Shown here: positions 28,008-38,014 of the stretch, one piece after another
How positions within the stretch are numbered: the stretch's first letter is position 1
How the letters are laid out: every line of letters begins with the position of its first letter
Assembly (NCBI GenBank): GCA_963797235.1
Contig: CAWCOX010000009.1
Location: 205,158 to 269,157 of the forward strand
Direction of reading: 5' to 3'
Source: an uncultured delta proteobacterium
Lineage (GTDB): Bacteria; Desulfobacterota; Desulfobaccia; Desulfobaccales; 0-14-0-80-60-11
DNA length: 64,000 bases
Position numbers and translations under genes: made by a program
The notes under the pieces: generated by a model
What the model saw: only the letters and a program-made list of their open reading frames with translations
What the model was told of the DNA's origin: nothing
Databases searched by the model: none

Positions 28008-29128
28008 TCAGGGCCTCCCGGCGCTTGCCCTCCAGGGTGCACATCAGGCTATCGTAGGGCTGATTGAATTTTTCCACCCCTTCGTCTTCCAGCCGCTGGG
28101 TGGCCTGGTTGAGGTCGAGGCCCAACTCCGGCAGACGCTGCAGGACCGCGGTGGCCTTCTCCAGGTCCGCGGCCAGGCGCGGGGCGGGGTTGCCGTGGTC
28201 CCGGTAGGCCTTCAGGGTCTCCACGGGCATGGTGTTGACGGTCTCCGGGCCGATGAGAGGCTCGACGTACTTGACGTCGGGGTAAGCCGGGTTTTTGGTG
28301 CTGGTGCTGGCCCAAAGCAGGCGCTGGGTCCGGGCGCCTTGGGCGGCCAGGGGCTTAAAAGTTTGGCTGCCAAAGATTTGCCGATAGATGGAATAGGCCA
28401 CCTTGGCGCTGGCGATGGCGGTCTCACCCGGGAGAGAGGCCGCGGCCGCGGCCAGAGGCCCGCCGGCCTGGGCCAGCTTCTCCAGTTGGGGGTCAAGCAG
28501 GACGTCGATGCGGCTCAGGAAGAAGCTGGCCACCGAGGCGACGTTCAGGTGCAGGCCCTGGGCGGCCCGCCCCTCCAGGCCGCGGAGGTAGGCCTCGACC
28601 ACCTCCCGGTAGCGGGGCAGGCCGAAGAGCAGGGTGACGTTGATGTTGAGCCCTTCGCTGATGAGCTGCTGGATGGCCGGCAGGCCCGCCTGGGTGGCCG
28701 GCACCTTGATGAAGACGTTGGGCCGGTCCAGTTTGGCCCACAGCCGCCGGGCCTCGGCGATGGTGCCGGGGGTGTCGTTGGGCCAGGTGGGGGTTGACCT
28801 CCAGGCTGACGAAGCCGTCAGCCCCTTGAAGCTGCTCAAACCGCGGCCGGAAGACGTCGGCGGCCCGCTGCACGTCCGCCACGGTCAGGGCTTCATAAAT
28901 CTCCTGGATGCTTTTACCCTGCCGGGCCAGGGAGCGGATTTCGTCGTCATAGTCCCGACTGCCGGCGATGGCCTTCTCGAAGATGGCGGGGTTGGAGGTC
29001 ATGCCGCGCAGGCCGTCTTCGTCGATGAGCCGCTGGAGTTCTCCGGAGTCGATCAGCTGCCGGCTGATATAGTCCAGCCAGATGCTTTGGCCGAGACTGG
29101 TCAGTTTGATCAGAGGATTTTCTTTCAT
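28003..29128 (-). pseudogene. tal: Transaldolase, one frameshift (~28785)
   Basis: ORF 28493-29128 gives MKENPLIKLTSLGQSIWLDY...TSNPAIFEKAI...SLEVNPHLA. ORF 28003-28839 continues ..NDTPGTIAEARRLW..NVFIKVPAT... Confidence 0.85.
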
Positions 29129-29156
29129 GGCGTTAATCCTATTCTGAAAAGTTGGG

Positions 29157-29197
29157 CCTCACGCAAAGGCGCAAAGGCGCAAAGCAAGACGCAAAAA
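29157..29197. repeat. ACGCAAAGG array element
   Basis: cctcacgcaaaggcgcaaaggcgcaaagcaagacgcaaaaa. Siblings at 37305-37348 and 40448-40490. Confidence 0.8.
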
Positions 29198-29257
29198 TAC
29201 AGCCTTATAAAGGCGGCCTATGGCCGCGGGCAGCGCGCCTGGATTGGCCGGGGAAAT

Positions 29258-29277
29258 GGCGGGCACGGAGGCCCGCC
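29258..29277. repeat. GGCGGGC/GCCCGCC hairpin 12 nt downstream of the rpiB stop
   Basis: ggcgggc-acggag-gcccgcc, a member of the GGGCGG hairpin family. Confidence 0.7.
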
Positions 29278-29289
29278 CCACCAACTGTC

Positions 29290-29736
29290 TTACTGCCGTT
29301 CCAGGGCGGCCACCTTGTCCAGGCGGCGCTGGAAACGCTCCGCCTTTTTATAGCGGGCCTTCAGAAAGGTCTGGATCAGGTCCCAGGCCAGGGCGTAGCA
29401 GGTGACCCGGCCGCCCAGGCACATGATGTTCATGTCGTCGTCCTCGACCCCCTGGTGGGCGGAGTAGGGGTCGGTGATGAGGGCGGCCCGGACGCCCCGG
29501 ATTTTGTTGGCGGCCACCGAGGCCCCCACGCCGCTGCCGCAGATGGCGATACCCCGGTCCACCTCACCTGCGGCCACGGCCCGGGCCAGGGGCACGACAA
29601 AATCGGGATAATCGTCCTGGGGGTGGTATTCCCGGGCGCCGTAGTCCACGAGCTCGTAGCCGGCCCCCCGGAGTTCCTCCAGCATCTTCTCCTTCAGCTC
29701 AAAGCCGCCGTGGTCGGCAGCCAGACCGACGCGCAT
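29290..29736 (-). CDS. rpiB: Ribose-5-phosphate isomerase B
   Basis: 148 aa. MRVGLAADHGGFELK..., ICGSGVGASVAANK. Confidence 0.9.
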   Translation of the reverse strand: MRVGLAADHGGFELKEKMLEELRGAGYELVDYGAREYHPQDDYPDFVVPLARAVAAGEVDRGIAICGSGVGASVAANKIRGVRAALITDPYSAHQGVEDDDMNIMCLGGRVTCYALAWDLIQTFLKARYKKAERFQRRLDKVAALERQ

Positions 29737-29772
29737 GTTTTTTCCTCCGAACTAGAGGCAGAGATCAATGTC

Positions 29773-29848
29773 TTCACCACAAAGACACAGAGGCACACAG
29801 AGGCAGATAAATCTTAATTCTCTGTGCTCTCTGTGCCTCTGTGGTGAA
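29773..29848. repeat. Palindromic CACAGAG-array element (variant of the CACCAAG family)
   Basis: ttcaccacaaagacacagaggcacacagaggcag - loop - ctctgtgctctctgtgcctctgtggtgaa. Confidence 0.85.
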
Positions 29849-29853
29849 TAGTT

Positions 29854-31723
29854 TCAACTTGCCGCCAGCTTGAACTCGTGCATCAGGTCCAGCACCTTCT
29901 CGATGATGCCGGTCCTTGGAGATACCCTCGAAATCCAGGAGTTCGGCGGGCTTGCCGGTCCTGGGCTTCAGGTGCACCGCCAGGGAATAGACCGGGGTCG
30001 GGCTTGCGGCCAGGGTGGTGCGCACCGCATCACCAAGGCCGCCTTCAGGATAGTGATCCTCCACGGTGATGATGGCCCGGGTGGCCGCGGCCGCCGCTTT
30101 CAGGGTCTGCTCATCCACCGGCTTGACGCTGTAGAGGTCGATGACCCGGATGGCAAAGCCTTTATCCTGCAAGTCGTCATGCGCCTTGAGGGCCTCGAAG
30201 AGCGTGATCCCGGCGCCGACGACCGTGACCACATCCTGCGGACTCTGACGCAGCACCTTACAGCCGCCGATGGGGAACTTTTCTTCCGGCCCGTAAAGGA
30301 TGGGGGTGGCCATGCGGGAGGTGCGCAGATAAGAGATGCCCACCTGGCGGGCCATGGCCTCCACCAGGCGTTCGGTGGAGATGGCGTCGCAGGGGTAGAG
30401 GACCACGCTATCCAGGATGGCCCGGAACATGGCCAGGTCCTCCAGGCCCATCTGGGAGGGGCCGTCCTCGCCGATGGAGACCCCGGCGTGGGAGCCGCAG
30501 AACTTGAGGTTGGGGTCGGAATACCGGCTCATGCGGATCTGGTCATAGGCCCGGCTGAAAAAGGCCGCAAAGGTGGAGGCGAAGGGGATCTGCCCCCGGG
30601 CCTGGAGGCCCAGGGCGGCGCCCACCATATTCTGTTCGGCGATGTACATCTCGAAAAAGCGGTCCGGATGAGCCTCCCGGAGGATTTCGGCGTAAGTGGA
30701 ATTGCTCACCTCGCCGTCTACGGCCACTATTTGGGGAAACTCCGGGTAGAGGCGCTTCAGGGCGTTGCCGTAGGCCTTGCGGGTGGCCACGGGCTTATCC
30801 GGCGGATAGGAGAGCGGCGAGGCCGGCTGAGACTGGGGCCTGGCCGGTCTCAGATCTTCCGGCGGCGCCAGGGCGCCCCGGACCGACTTATCCACCGGGC
30901 CCAGTTCGAGGAGGGCCTTGGTCAACTGGTCTTTATCCAGGGTCTTGCCGTGCCAGCCGTTTTGGTTCTCGATGAAGGAGACGCCTTTGCCCTTGATGGT
31001 CTTGGCGATGATCATGACGGGTTTGTCGGCCACCAGGGCGGCCCGGCGATAGGCCTCCAGGACCTCGGGTACGGAGTGGCCGTCACTGACCAGGATGGTC
31101 TCCCAACCGAAGGAGGCGATCCGGTCCTCATAGGCCATCAGGTCCCAACCGTACATGGTCTCGCCCCGCTGGCCCAGGCGGTTGACGTCGAGGATGCCCA
31201 CCAGGTTGTCCAGCTTATAGTGGGCCGCCAGCTGCAGGGCCTCCCATTGGGAGCCTTCGGCCATTTCGCTGTCGCCCAGGAGCACATAAGTCATATAGGG
31301 CAGCTTATCGAGATACTTGGCGTTTAAGGCCTGGCCCAGGCCGATGGAGAGGCCCTGGCCCAGGGAACCGGTGGCCGCCTCGCAGAAGCGGAAATTCACC
31401 GTTGGGTGCCCTTCCAGGGCGCTGCCGAACTGGCGGTAGGTCATCAGGTCCGCTTCGGTCAGCCCGCCCGCCGCGGCCCACAGGGTATAGAAGAGCGGCG
31501 AGGCGTGGCCTTTGGAGAAGATCAGGCGGTCGTTATTGGGGTGCCTGGGGTCGTTCAGGTCGTAGCGGAAGATGCCGCCGAAGAAGAGGGCGGCCATCAA
31601 CTCCACTCCCGAAAGCGACGAAGTGGGATGGCCAGAGCCGGCCTGGGTGGTCATATTGAGGATGTAGTAGCGCATCCAGACGGCGATCCTGGTCAATCTT
31701 TCCAACTGCTCGGTAACTGACAT
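29854..31723 (-). pseudogene. tkt: Transketolase, frameshift ~20 codons before the natural stop (~29905)
   Basis: GSGHPTSSLS and LLGDSEMAEGSQWE TPP motifs. After ..LLDFEGISKD a 1-nt shift restores GIIEKVLDLMHEFKLAAS*. Without the shift, the ORF reads into the repeat (..FTTEAQRAQR..). Confidence 0.85.
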
Positions 31724-31847
31724 AAACCGGGTCCTCCTGGACGATGGCTGGCCTGCCGGAATTTTTTATTTTAGCTGTTGCGTCTGCCTAACATCTAAAA
31801 CTAAGAACTAAAGTCAGGTTTGCAAGAGACCGGTTGCGACATTGCAA

Positions 31848-31868
31848 TGGGCGGTTCGAGAACCGCCC
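31848..31868. repeat. GGGCGGTTC/GAACCGCCC hairpin abutting the stop of the cyt-b5/DUF2231 gene
   Basis: gggcggttc-gag-gaaccgccc. Confidence 0.7.
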
Positions 31869-32624
31869 CTACTTCTCTTCGTGCAGGGGAAAGGTCAGGG
31901 TGGCGCCGTACCAGCCGATGAGGCTCACCAGGGGCAACAGGGAGCAGATCAGGACCAGGTAGACCTTGCCGGTCCAGTGATCCAGGGCCGCGAGGATTCC
32001 CGGGTCCAGCCAGCGCCAGATAAAGGTCCCGGTTCCCACGGCCAGCAAGATGGGGGTCAGGGTCAGCTTGATGATGATCGGCCGTAAGGGGCGCCACTCG
32101 TAGTTAAGCCACCAGGTGAGCAGTCCGGTGACCAGGGCCACCGGGGTGAACAGCACCCCGCCCCCCAGGCAGTGCCAGGCCGTGGTCTCGAAGGAAGTAA
32201 CGCCGGTGAGCAGATAGAGGAGCGTAAAGATCGGAGTGGAAATAAAGAAAACGAGCGGGAAGTGCACCACCATGGGATGGGGGTGGCGCCGGAACAGGGG
32301 AAAACGCCTGAGAAAGCGCGCCCAAAATCCCGGCCGCGGCGGCCCGGAGGCCCTGGTCTCCGGGGCGGCGACCTCGGGGCTCACGCTCAACACCCCCACC
32401 TGGGGGTAGCGCGCCAAGACCTCTTCGCCGTGGGGGGCCTCGGGGAACTCGGCGCTGAGGTCGGACCCGGCGAAGTGGCCGGCCATGTGTTCGCCCCCGG
32501 CCCAGAGGCCGCTGGCGCTGACGTCATAGACCCGGCCCCGGTAGGCGAGGTAGACGGGCTTGCCATCGGCGCCGTTGTAATCGGCCAGTTCTTCAGGGGT
32601 AAATTTTTTCAGGTCCTCAGGCAA
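31869..32624 (-). CDS. Cytochrome b5-like heme/steroid-binding domain fused to a DUF2231-type 4-TM membrane domain
   Basis: N-terminal FTPEELADYNGADGKPVYLAYRGRVYDVSASGLW..H..GSDL (cyt-b5/MAPR-like). C-terminal RHPHPMVVHFPLVFF...TTAWHCLGGGV is paralogous to 34982-35492. Confidence 0.7.
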   Translation of the reverse strand: MPEDLKKFTPEELADYNGADGKPVYLAYRGRVYDVSASGLWAGGEHMAGHFAGSDLSAEFPEAPHGEEVLARYPQVGVLSVSPEVAAPETRASGPPRPGFWARFLRRFPLFRRHPHPMVVHFPLVFFISTPIFTLLYLLTGVTSFETTAWHCLGGGVLFTPVALVTGLLTWWLNYEWRPLRPIIIKLTLTPILLAVGTGTFIWRWLDPGILAALDHWTGKVYLVLICSLLPLVSLIGWYGATLTFPLHEEK

Positions 32625-32666
32625 ATCTTTTCCCTTTAAGATGATCTATCCGCCACTCAGCTTGCG

Positions 32667-34953
32667 TCATCGGGCCGGCGCCATCCGCTTCCGTACCAAA
32701 GACCGATAGGTCAGCAAGGCGGCCATCACCATGGGCACTACCCCCAGAAAGATGAAGACCAGGTCCCCGGGCATGCGGCACCATTCGATGAAGCGCACAA
32801 AATCCCGGGTGAGGTATTCCAGCCCCCGGGCGTGCCAGTAGCCATGGGTGACGACGTCGAAAAACTGCAGCACCCCCCCGGGAAAGAGGTTGCCCAGGAC
32901 CATCAGGGCCAGGCCGAGATTCAGGCCCCAGAAGGAGACCCGGATGTATTTCTCCGGCCGGGTCCACTCCTCGTCAGAGAGGACCTGGCGGAAGGCCATC
33001 ACCGTCAGGGCCATGGCCTCCATGCCGAAGGCCCCCATCAGGGCGGCGTGGCCATGGTTGGGGGTGAGGATGGTGCCCACTTCGAAGTAGCTGATGATGG
33101 GCAGATTGATGAGGAAACCGAAGATGCCGGCGCCCACGAAATTCCAGAAGCCCACCGCCATGAGGAAGTAAAAGGTCCATTTATGCGGGATGGCAAGGTT
33201 TTCCCCGCAGGCCTCGCACTCCCTCCGGGTTAATTTGACAAAGTCCCAGGCGTCCAGGGTAAGGAGCGTCAGGGGCACCACCTCCATGGCCGAAAACATG
33301 GCGGACAGGCCCATGTTGACCTGGGACTGTCCGGTCCAGTACCAGTGGTGGCCGGTGCCCACGATGCCGCTGCCCAGGAAGAGGATAGCGTCCAGGTAAA
33401 CCACCCGGGCCGCGGTCTGGCGGGACACCACTCCCAGTTGGAAGAAGGTGACGGCCACCATCACCGTCACCAGGAGCTCAAAGAAGCCTTCCACCCAAAG
33501 GTGGATGATCCAGAAGCGCCAGTTGTCAACGACGGTATAGTTGGTGGTGCTGCCGAAGAAAAAGGCCGGCAAATAAAAGAGTGGGATGGCCAGGGCCGCC
33601 AGGAGAAACAGCCAAGAGATCTCCCGGCGCTCCGGATCCTTCAGGGCCGGGGCCAGGGCCCGGAACAGCAGCACCACCCAAATAATCAGTCCCACCGCCA
33701 GCAAGATCTGCCAGCCCCGGCCCAGGTCCAGATACTCCCAGCCCTGGTGGCCGAACCAGAACCACAGGTGACCCAGGAGCTGGTTGATCCCCAGGAGCTC
33801 TCCCAGGAGGCTGCCCGCCACCACCACGACCAAGGCCCAAAACAGGAAATGGACCCCGGCACCTGGCCCCTGGGCTCCGTCTCCCCCAGGGACCCGGCCA
33901 GAAGCAGCCCGCCGCCCACGTAAGCGGTGGCGATCCAGAAGATGGCCAGTTGCAGGTGCCAGGTGCGCAAGATATTGCTGGGGAAAAACTCGTAGAGGTT
34001 GAGGCCGTAAAAACTTCCCGGCTCCACCCGGTTGTGGGCCGTGGCCGCGCCCACCATCACCTGGACCAAAAACAGCAGGGTAACCACCACAAAGAACTTG
34101 ATGGTAGCCCGCTGGCTGGGGCTGGCCACCCCGGGCAGCATCCGGGGATGGACCGTCGCCGTGGTCCCCTTCCAGCCCAGGTAATCGAATTTTCCAAAGG
34201 CAAAGAGAATGGTCGCGGTCCCGGCCAGCAGGGTGATGAGGCTCAGGGCGCTCCACAGATAGGCCGCGGCCGGCGGGGTGTTGCCCGCCAGGGGATCGAA
34301 GGGGAAATTGTTGGTATAGGAATAGGAGAGGCCCGGACGCCGGGCCGCCGAGGCCCAGGCGGTCCAGGCGAAAAAGGCCGTCAGTTGCCGCAGCTCTTGA
34401 GGGTCGACGATATACTTGGTTTTCAAGCCGCCATTTTTGTCGGGATGGACAAAATATTCGGTCCACTGGCCGATCTGCCGCCGATAGGAGACGATTTCCG
34501 CCTCAGTGAATCCCAGGGCGCCGGTCCGGGAGTCGTAGCGGTTCTCTTGCAACAGTCGTGGCACCGCGGCCCGGACCGCGTCCCGCTGGAGGTTCGTCAG
34601 GGTCGCCGGGGCTCGGCCATAGAGCCTGCGGGACTCCAGGTCGGAGGCTGCCAGGGCCAGGTCGTGCAGGTAGGCGGCGGAGAAGTCCGGTCCCAGGTAG
34701 GCCCCGTGGCCCCAAATGCTGCCGTTCTCCATGAGCCCGTACCGCAAAAAGACCTGCTGCCCGGCCCTAATGTCAGCGCCGGTAAAAATGGTCTCTCCCG
34801 CGGCGCTGACCACCTGTTCCGGAATGGGCGGGGCCTCGCGGTAGGCCCGGACCGCGATCCAGCTGAGGATGGCTAAGCCGATTAAGACGCTGATCAGGAC
34901 CCCCAGGCGCCATCTGGGGGAGAGTTCGAAACTGGTCTGTTCTTGATCCGGCA
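32667..34953 (-). pseudogene. norZ: Quinol-dependent nitric-oxide reductase (qNOR, heme-copper oxidase family), one frameshift (~33880)
   Basis: A long N-terminal periplasmic extension, then HLWVEG, GTGHHWYW and NHGHAALMG metal and heme ligand motifs. ORFs 33686-34972 and 32667-34466 join into ~760 aa. The start is ATG 34953 or TTG 34972. Confidence 0.8.
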
Positions 34954-34981
34954 TCAGGGTGTCCCGGTCCAAAGAGATAAT

Positions 34982-35492
34982 TCAGTCCTGCTCTAAAGGA
35001 AAGGTCAGCATGCCGCCGAAATAGCTGATCACCGTCACCAACGGGGTCACCGCCAGGACCAGCAGGAGATAAACGAAATTCAGGCCATGCAGGTCCTCGG
35101 AGCACCGTCGGATTGAGCAGCCGCCAGACAAAGGCGGCGGCGACCATGCTCCACAACAGAAACGACAGCCGCTTTTCCAGGGTCAGGGTGGGGTCGGGTC
35201 GAGGATAGTTCAACCTCTGGGTGAAGACGCCGGTGGCGATGGCCACCGGGGTGGTCAGCACGCCAGCCCCCAGGCAGTGAAAGGCCGTGGTCTCAAAGGA
35301 CCCCGCTCCGGTCAGCAGATAAAGCACGCTGAAAAAACTGGCGGCCAGCATGAAGACGATGGGAAAATGGGACAAGGCCGGATGGGGGTGGCGTTGCAGA
35401 TAGGGGTAGCGGGCCACCAATCCGGCCAACCAGCGGGGCAGTGGCCGGTCGCCGTCCGGTTCTGCCTGTCCCGGCAGGGGGCTGGTTGCCAT
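34982..35492 (-). pseudogene. DUF2231-type membrane protein, one frameshift (~35090)
   Basis: RHPHPALSHFPIVFM...TTAFHCLGAGV. After the shift the C-terminus reads DLHGLNFVYLLLVLAVTPLVTVISYFGGMLTFPLEQD*, parallel to the 31869 paralog. ATG 35492 overlaps the ubiA-like stop (TGATG). Confidence 0.65.
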
Positions 35493-36472
35493 CACCACCA
35501 CACCGGCAGCACCGCCCTGGCCCAAAGGTTCACCAGGATCACGGCCAGCACCGCCAGAGGATAACAGCTGGCCCGGTTGAACAGGGCCGCGGCGTGATCA
35601 TGGTTCCGGCAAAGCCGCCAGGCGGGCAGCAGCAACAGGTAAGCCCCCAACCCCAGGATCAGCAGCTGCTGGGAGAGGGGGAAGGGGATCGGGGCCAGGC
35701 GCAGGATGGCCAGGCTGAGGACGAGGCTGCCGGCCAAAGCAGCCAGGGCCAGGGCCCCGGCCCGCTTCAGGCCCAAGACCACCGGAATGGTCTTGGCGTT
35801 GAGGTGGCGGTCCGGTTCGACGTCGTGCCAGTCGGCCGGGATGTTTTGGCCGCCCACTTCCCAGAGAAAGAGCCAGAGAAAGAGAACCGCCAGGAAGACC
35901 GGCGAGGGCCCGGGGTCTACGGCAAAGACCGCGGCCGCGGCGCCCAGGCTCTTCACCACTCCGGCCACCAGCAGGCGCAGAGGGCTGACCTTGAGGAGCA
36001 GGCAATAGACGGCCTCCAGCCCGCAGCCCAACAGAAAGATCAGGGCGCAAACCGGGTTGAGGGTGTAGGCGCCCAGGAAGGCCACCAAGGCCCAGGCGCC
36101 GGTCCAGGCCAGGCCGGCGCGGCAGCTCATCCGGCCAGCGGCCAGGGGATGGCGCACGAAGACGGCGTCCAGGTAAGGGGCGGCCTGGGGGCCACCCGGC
36201 AGGCGGAGTTTTTCCCGGTCCACCCGGCAGTCGACCACGTCGTTCAGGGCGTAGACCGCGGTATAGCCGGCAAAGACGGTAAGGAGACCCAGGGCGATGA
36301 CTCCCGGCGGCGGGAAATGCCCCAGCCAGAGCAAGGCCGCCAGGGCCGGGGCGGCCAGGTCCAGCAGACCGTGGGGGGTGCGGGACAGGGCCAGGAAGAG
36401 CTTGAGCCGGGAGAGCCCCAGGTCCAGAGGCCTTGCGGCCATTTCAGCCTTTAATAAAGTTTGATCGCGCAT
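35492..36472 (-). CDS. UbiA-superfamily aromatic/polyprenyl prenyltransferase
   Basis: 326 aa, about 8-9 TM. Asp-rich motifs NDVVDCRVD and DWHDVEPD. Confidence 0.8.
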   Translation of the reverse strand: MRDQTLLKAEMAARPLDLGLSRLKLFLALSRTPHGLLDLAAPALAALLWLGHFPPPGVIALGLLTVFAGYTAVYALNDVVDCRVDREKLRLPGGPQAAPYLDAVFVRHPLAAGRMSCRAGLAWTGAWALVAFLGAYTLNPVCALIFLLGCGLEAVYCLLLKVSPLRLLVAGVVKSLGAAAAVFAVDPGPSPVFLAVLFLWLFLWEVGGQNIPADWHDVEPDRHLNAKTIPVVLGLKRAGALALAALAGSLVLSLAILRLAPIPFPLSQQLLILGLGAYLLLLPAWRLCRNHDHAAALFNRASCYPLAVLAVILVNLWARAVLPVWW

Positions 36473-36500
36473 GGCTCCGGCTCTTCGATCTGATTAGTTC

Positions 36501-36555
36501 CTACGCTGGCGAGGGCGCCGGCGCTACATTTGCCTATAAAAGCCTGCGGCTACCA
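36501..36555. repeat. Two juxtaposed repeat half-elements (GGCGAGGGCGCCGGCGCTACA and AAGCCTGCGGCTAC)
   Basis: 36508-36528 is the reverse complement of 23912-23932. 36538-36555 matches elements at 46251-46262 and 58266-58278. Confidence 0.75.
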
Positions 36556-36685
36556 AATCCTTCTAATGCTCACTTAAGATAAGGCTGGGGGCGGGGCTGT
36601 CAAGCGTCCCGGCGCCGCCTGATCGCGGCCGGCTCCCCTTGATACCTCCCTTGGGAGTGCTGATATATATGGCCAATAACTGCAG

Positions 36686-37353
36686 AGGGAAAGCCATGCG
36701 TCCCAACTATGCCTGGTGGACCGGATTATGGGTCATTGCCGTCTCACTCATCCTGGCGGCGCATTATTTTCCCCGCTTCCCCGGAGATGTGGCGGTGGCC
36801 AGGTGGGTCCAAGCCCTGGTCCCCGGCGACCTGCGTTGGGCCCAAGTGCGTCTCGCGGGTGGTCGATTTTCCCTGGATCCTGCTGAGCACGGGGCTAATT
36901 TTGGCGCTGGCCTGGGCCCTGGCCGGCTGGCGCGGTGCGGTGCTCTCCATCGTTTGCCTGGCGGGGATGTTGGCCCTGGGAATCTGGTTAAGCCCGGTGG
37001 TGGCCCGGCCGCGGCCTTCCCCGGCACTGGTGCGGGTCTGGCGGCCGCTTTCGGGTTATAGCTTTCCTTCCATTTCTGCCTTGGGCTATGCCGCCTCTTT
37101 CGGCTTTCTGGCAATTCTGGCCGCGCTCAAGAGTTCCGGTAAGCTGCGCCTCGCCTTGATGATGGGCTGCGGCGTCCTGCTCGTCCTGTGCTGGGCAGCC
37201 CGGGTCGCCCTGGGGGCGCACTGGCCGAGCGACGTGCTCATCTCTTATTTTTTGGGATTACTCTGGGCGGCGGGGCTCATTCGGTTTTTCCTCCCGAAAA
37301 GATTGGCCTCACGCCAAGACGCAAAGGCGCAGAGCCAAGGCGCAAACCTGTAG
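36686..37353 (+). pseudogene. PAP2-family membrane phosphatase, one frameshift (~36845)
   Basis: ATG 36686 (AGAGGGA SD). Motifs YSFPS and RVALGAHWPSDV. The C-terminal tail ..RLASRQDAKAQSQGANL is encoded by a repeat element. Confidence 0.7.
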
Positions 37354-37371
37354 GCGGGCGAGACGCCCGCC
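37305..37371. repeat. ACGCAAAGG-type array followed by a GGCGGGCG-aga-CGCCCGCC hairpin
   Basis: ggcctcacgccaagacgcaaaggcgcagagccaaggcgcaaacc, then ctgtaggcgggcgagacgcccgcc. The identical hairpin recurs at 41207-41225 and, with a gga loop, at 54639-54657. Confidence 0.85.
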
Positions 37372-37448
37372 CCACGACCTTTTCATAATTTAAGGGTGGG
37401 CCGCAAGGCCCTGAGGAATTTTGCCAGTGCGACTCCCCAGGCCCCAGC

Positions 37449-37477
37449 TTGACAGGTGGAGACGCGGTTCTTAGTTT
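37449..37477 (+). promoter_or_regulatory. Candidate sigma-70 promoter upstream of nuoA (TTGACA-N17-TAGTTT; TAGAAT 6 nt further)
   Basis: Read directly. It lies ~115 nt upstream of ATG 37589. Confidence 0.3.
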
Positions 37478-37588
37478 TAGAATGCGGTTGCCGCTCAAGA
37501 CGCAAGAATAACCATTACTAATGATTACCTTTTTTGAAAATAGCCTCTTGCCATCGAGGCATTTACGGAGCCTTTTCCAGGGGGCTTT

Positions 37589-38014
37589 ATGCAGCCGGTA
37601 AGCCTCAACCCTTTGAGCCCCTGGGCTCCCGGTTTGCTCAGCCTCGTCCTGTATACCGGCGTCGTTCTGGGCCTGCTGGGGCTGCTGTTGGTCCTGACCC
37701 GCTGGCTGGGCGAACAGAAGCCCGACTTCGAAAAAGCCAGGCCCTACGAATGCGGGGTGATCCCCACCGGCGGGGCCCGGTTCCGTTATCCGGTGCCCTT
37801 CTACCTGGTGGCGGTCTTCTTTCTCATCTTCGACGTGGAGAGCGCCCTGATCTTTTCCTGGGCGGTGGCCATCGAGGCACTCAGCTGGCGCGGCTGGCTG
37901 CAAATCTCCTTTTTCATCATCGTCCTGCTCGTCAGTCTCGTTTACCTGTGGAAAAAAGGAGGGCTGGATTGGCGGCCCCAGTTACTACGAAAGGCGTCAC
38001 CACCCCGGAGTTGA
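37589..38014 (+). CDS. nuoA: NADH-quinone oxidoreductase subunit A
   Basis: 3 TM, the PYECG motif, and FDVESALIF. Confidence 0.9.
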   Translation: MQPVSLNPLSPWAPGLLSLVLYTGVVLGLLGLLLVLTRWLGEQKPDFEKARPYECGVIPTGGARFRYPVPFYLVAVFFLIFDVESALIFSWAVAIEALSWRGWLQISFFIIVLLVSLVYLWKKGGLDWRPQLLRKASPPRS

